IMG/VR virus record: IMGVR_UViG_3300037295_000223
Span: 1-26,128 of that record
Length of the DNA stretch: 26,128 bases
From: a virus
Taxonomy: Duplodnaviria; Caudoviricetes
Direction: 5' to 3' (one strand)
In this document: in pieces, positions 25,712 to 26,128 of the stretch
Layout: each line of letters starts with the position of its first letter
Position numbering within the stretch: the stretch's first letter is position 1
Notes under the pieces: model-generated
Databases searched by the model: none
The model's input: only the letters and a program-made list of their open reading frames with translations
What the model was told of the DNA's origin: nothing
Made by a program: the position numbers and the translations under genes

Positions 25712-26128
25712 ACTTCGTTTCGCTTTTCACTTGAACTATGTTTTAAAAAACAATTGATATTGTGTTGATATTTTATACTGGACTCTGAAGTCAGACCAAG
25801 GGTATCCAAAATACCTTTGGATGGAAAGCCGGACTGCTTCGCCAGATCTGAACCGGAATATTTATCGTAGTGTTGGATTGATTATGTCAACTACACGCAT
25901 ATTAATAGCGTTCCGTAAGGGGGACAAGATGGGACCTCCATCATACATCCTCTTTGCACTGTAATCGACTTTCAGCCGCCGAATACGCAACCGGTGGGCC
26001 ATACCCTGTTTTCACATACCCACCGCAAACTTAAACTCGAGTATCTTACTCGTGACAATGGCCACTTTCTTATACCCTTGCCCCTGCACACCCAGGGGGC
26101 TTGGCTGTTGCTCTCCATTCCGAAAGAC
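25685..26128 (-). ncRNA. Candidate structured non-coding element (ncRNA or replication-origin region), truncated by the window end
   Basis: At least eight closely spaced inverted repeats in about 440 nt and no convincing complete ORF; details in the findings. Confidence 0.45.
25859..25866 (-). promoter_or_regulatory. GATAAATA motif inside the structured region
   Basis: Exact match to the late-promoter motif, with no convincing protein gene downstream on the minus strand. Confidence 0.4.

Noticed and set aside
25444-25809. ORFs 25444..25635 (+) and 25567..25809 (-)
   Set aside because: Both overlap the 191-aa gene, have no recognisable motifs, and the second starts inside predicted hairpins.
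25740-26128. tRNA, tmRNA or RNase P RNA identity for the structured region
   Set aside because: By eye I found no cloverleaf with a TTCRA T-loop and no RNase P P4 consensus. It is left unassigned pending a covariance-model search.

Overview
This window is part of the virion-morphogenesis region of a large T4-superfamily myophage. The short 390-aa capsid protein and the gene order recall RaK2/GAP32/Atu_ph07-type jumbo phages, a recollection that needs a search to confirm. Reading right to left, the minus strand carries a tape-measure-like gene, portal (gp20), two small probable internal head proteins (one missed by the ORF track because it appears to start at ATT), an acidic prohead core protein, protease (gp21), scaffold (gp22) and major capsid protein (gp23). 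About 15 kb of fibre/adhesin genes follow. They include a four-gene cassette resembling the phiKMV gp38-41 receptor-binding module, a GT2-like glycosyltransferase, modular Thr/Gly-rich fibre paralogues, a LamG protein, a DUF4376 fusion and a partial permuted papain-like enzyme. The plus strand carries gp26-like and gp51-like genes joined by a canonical -1 slippery site, then a hypothetical gene. The window ends in a hairpin-dense, apparently non-coding segment. A GATAAATA variant of the T4 late promoter marks the operon starts. The genetic code appears standard. All family assignments come from motif recognition; no database searches were run.
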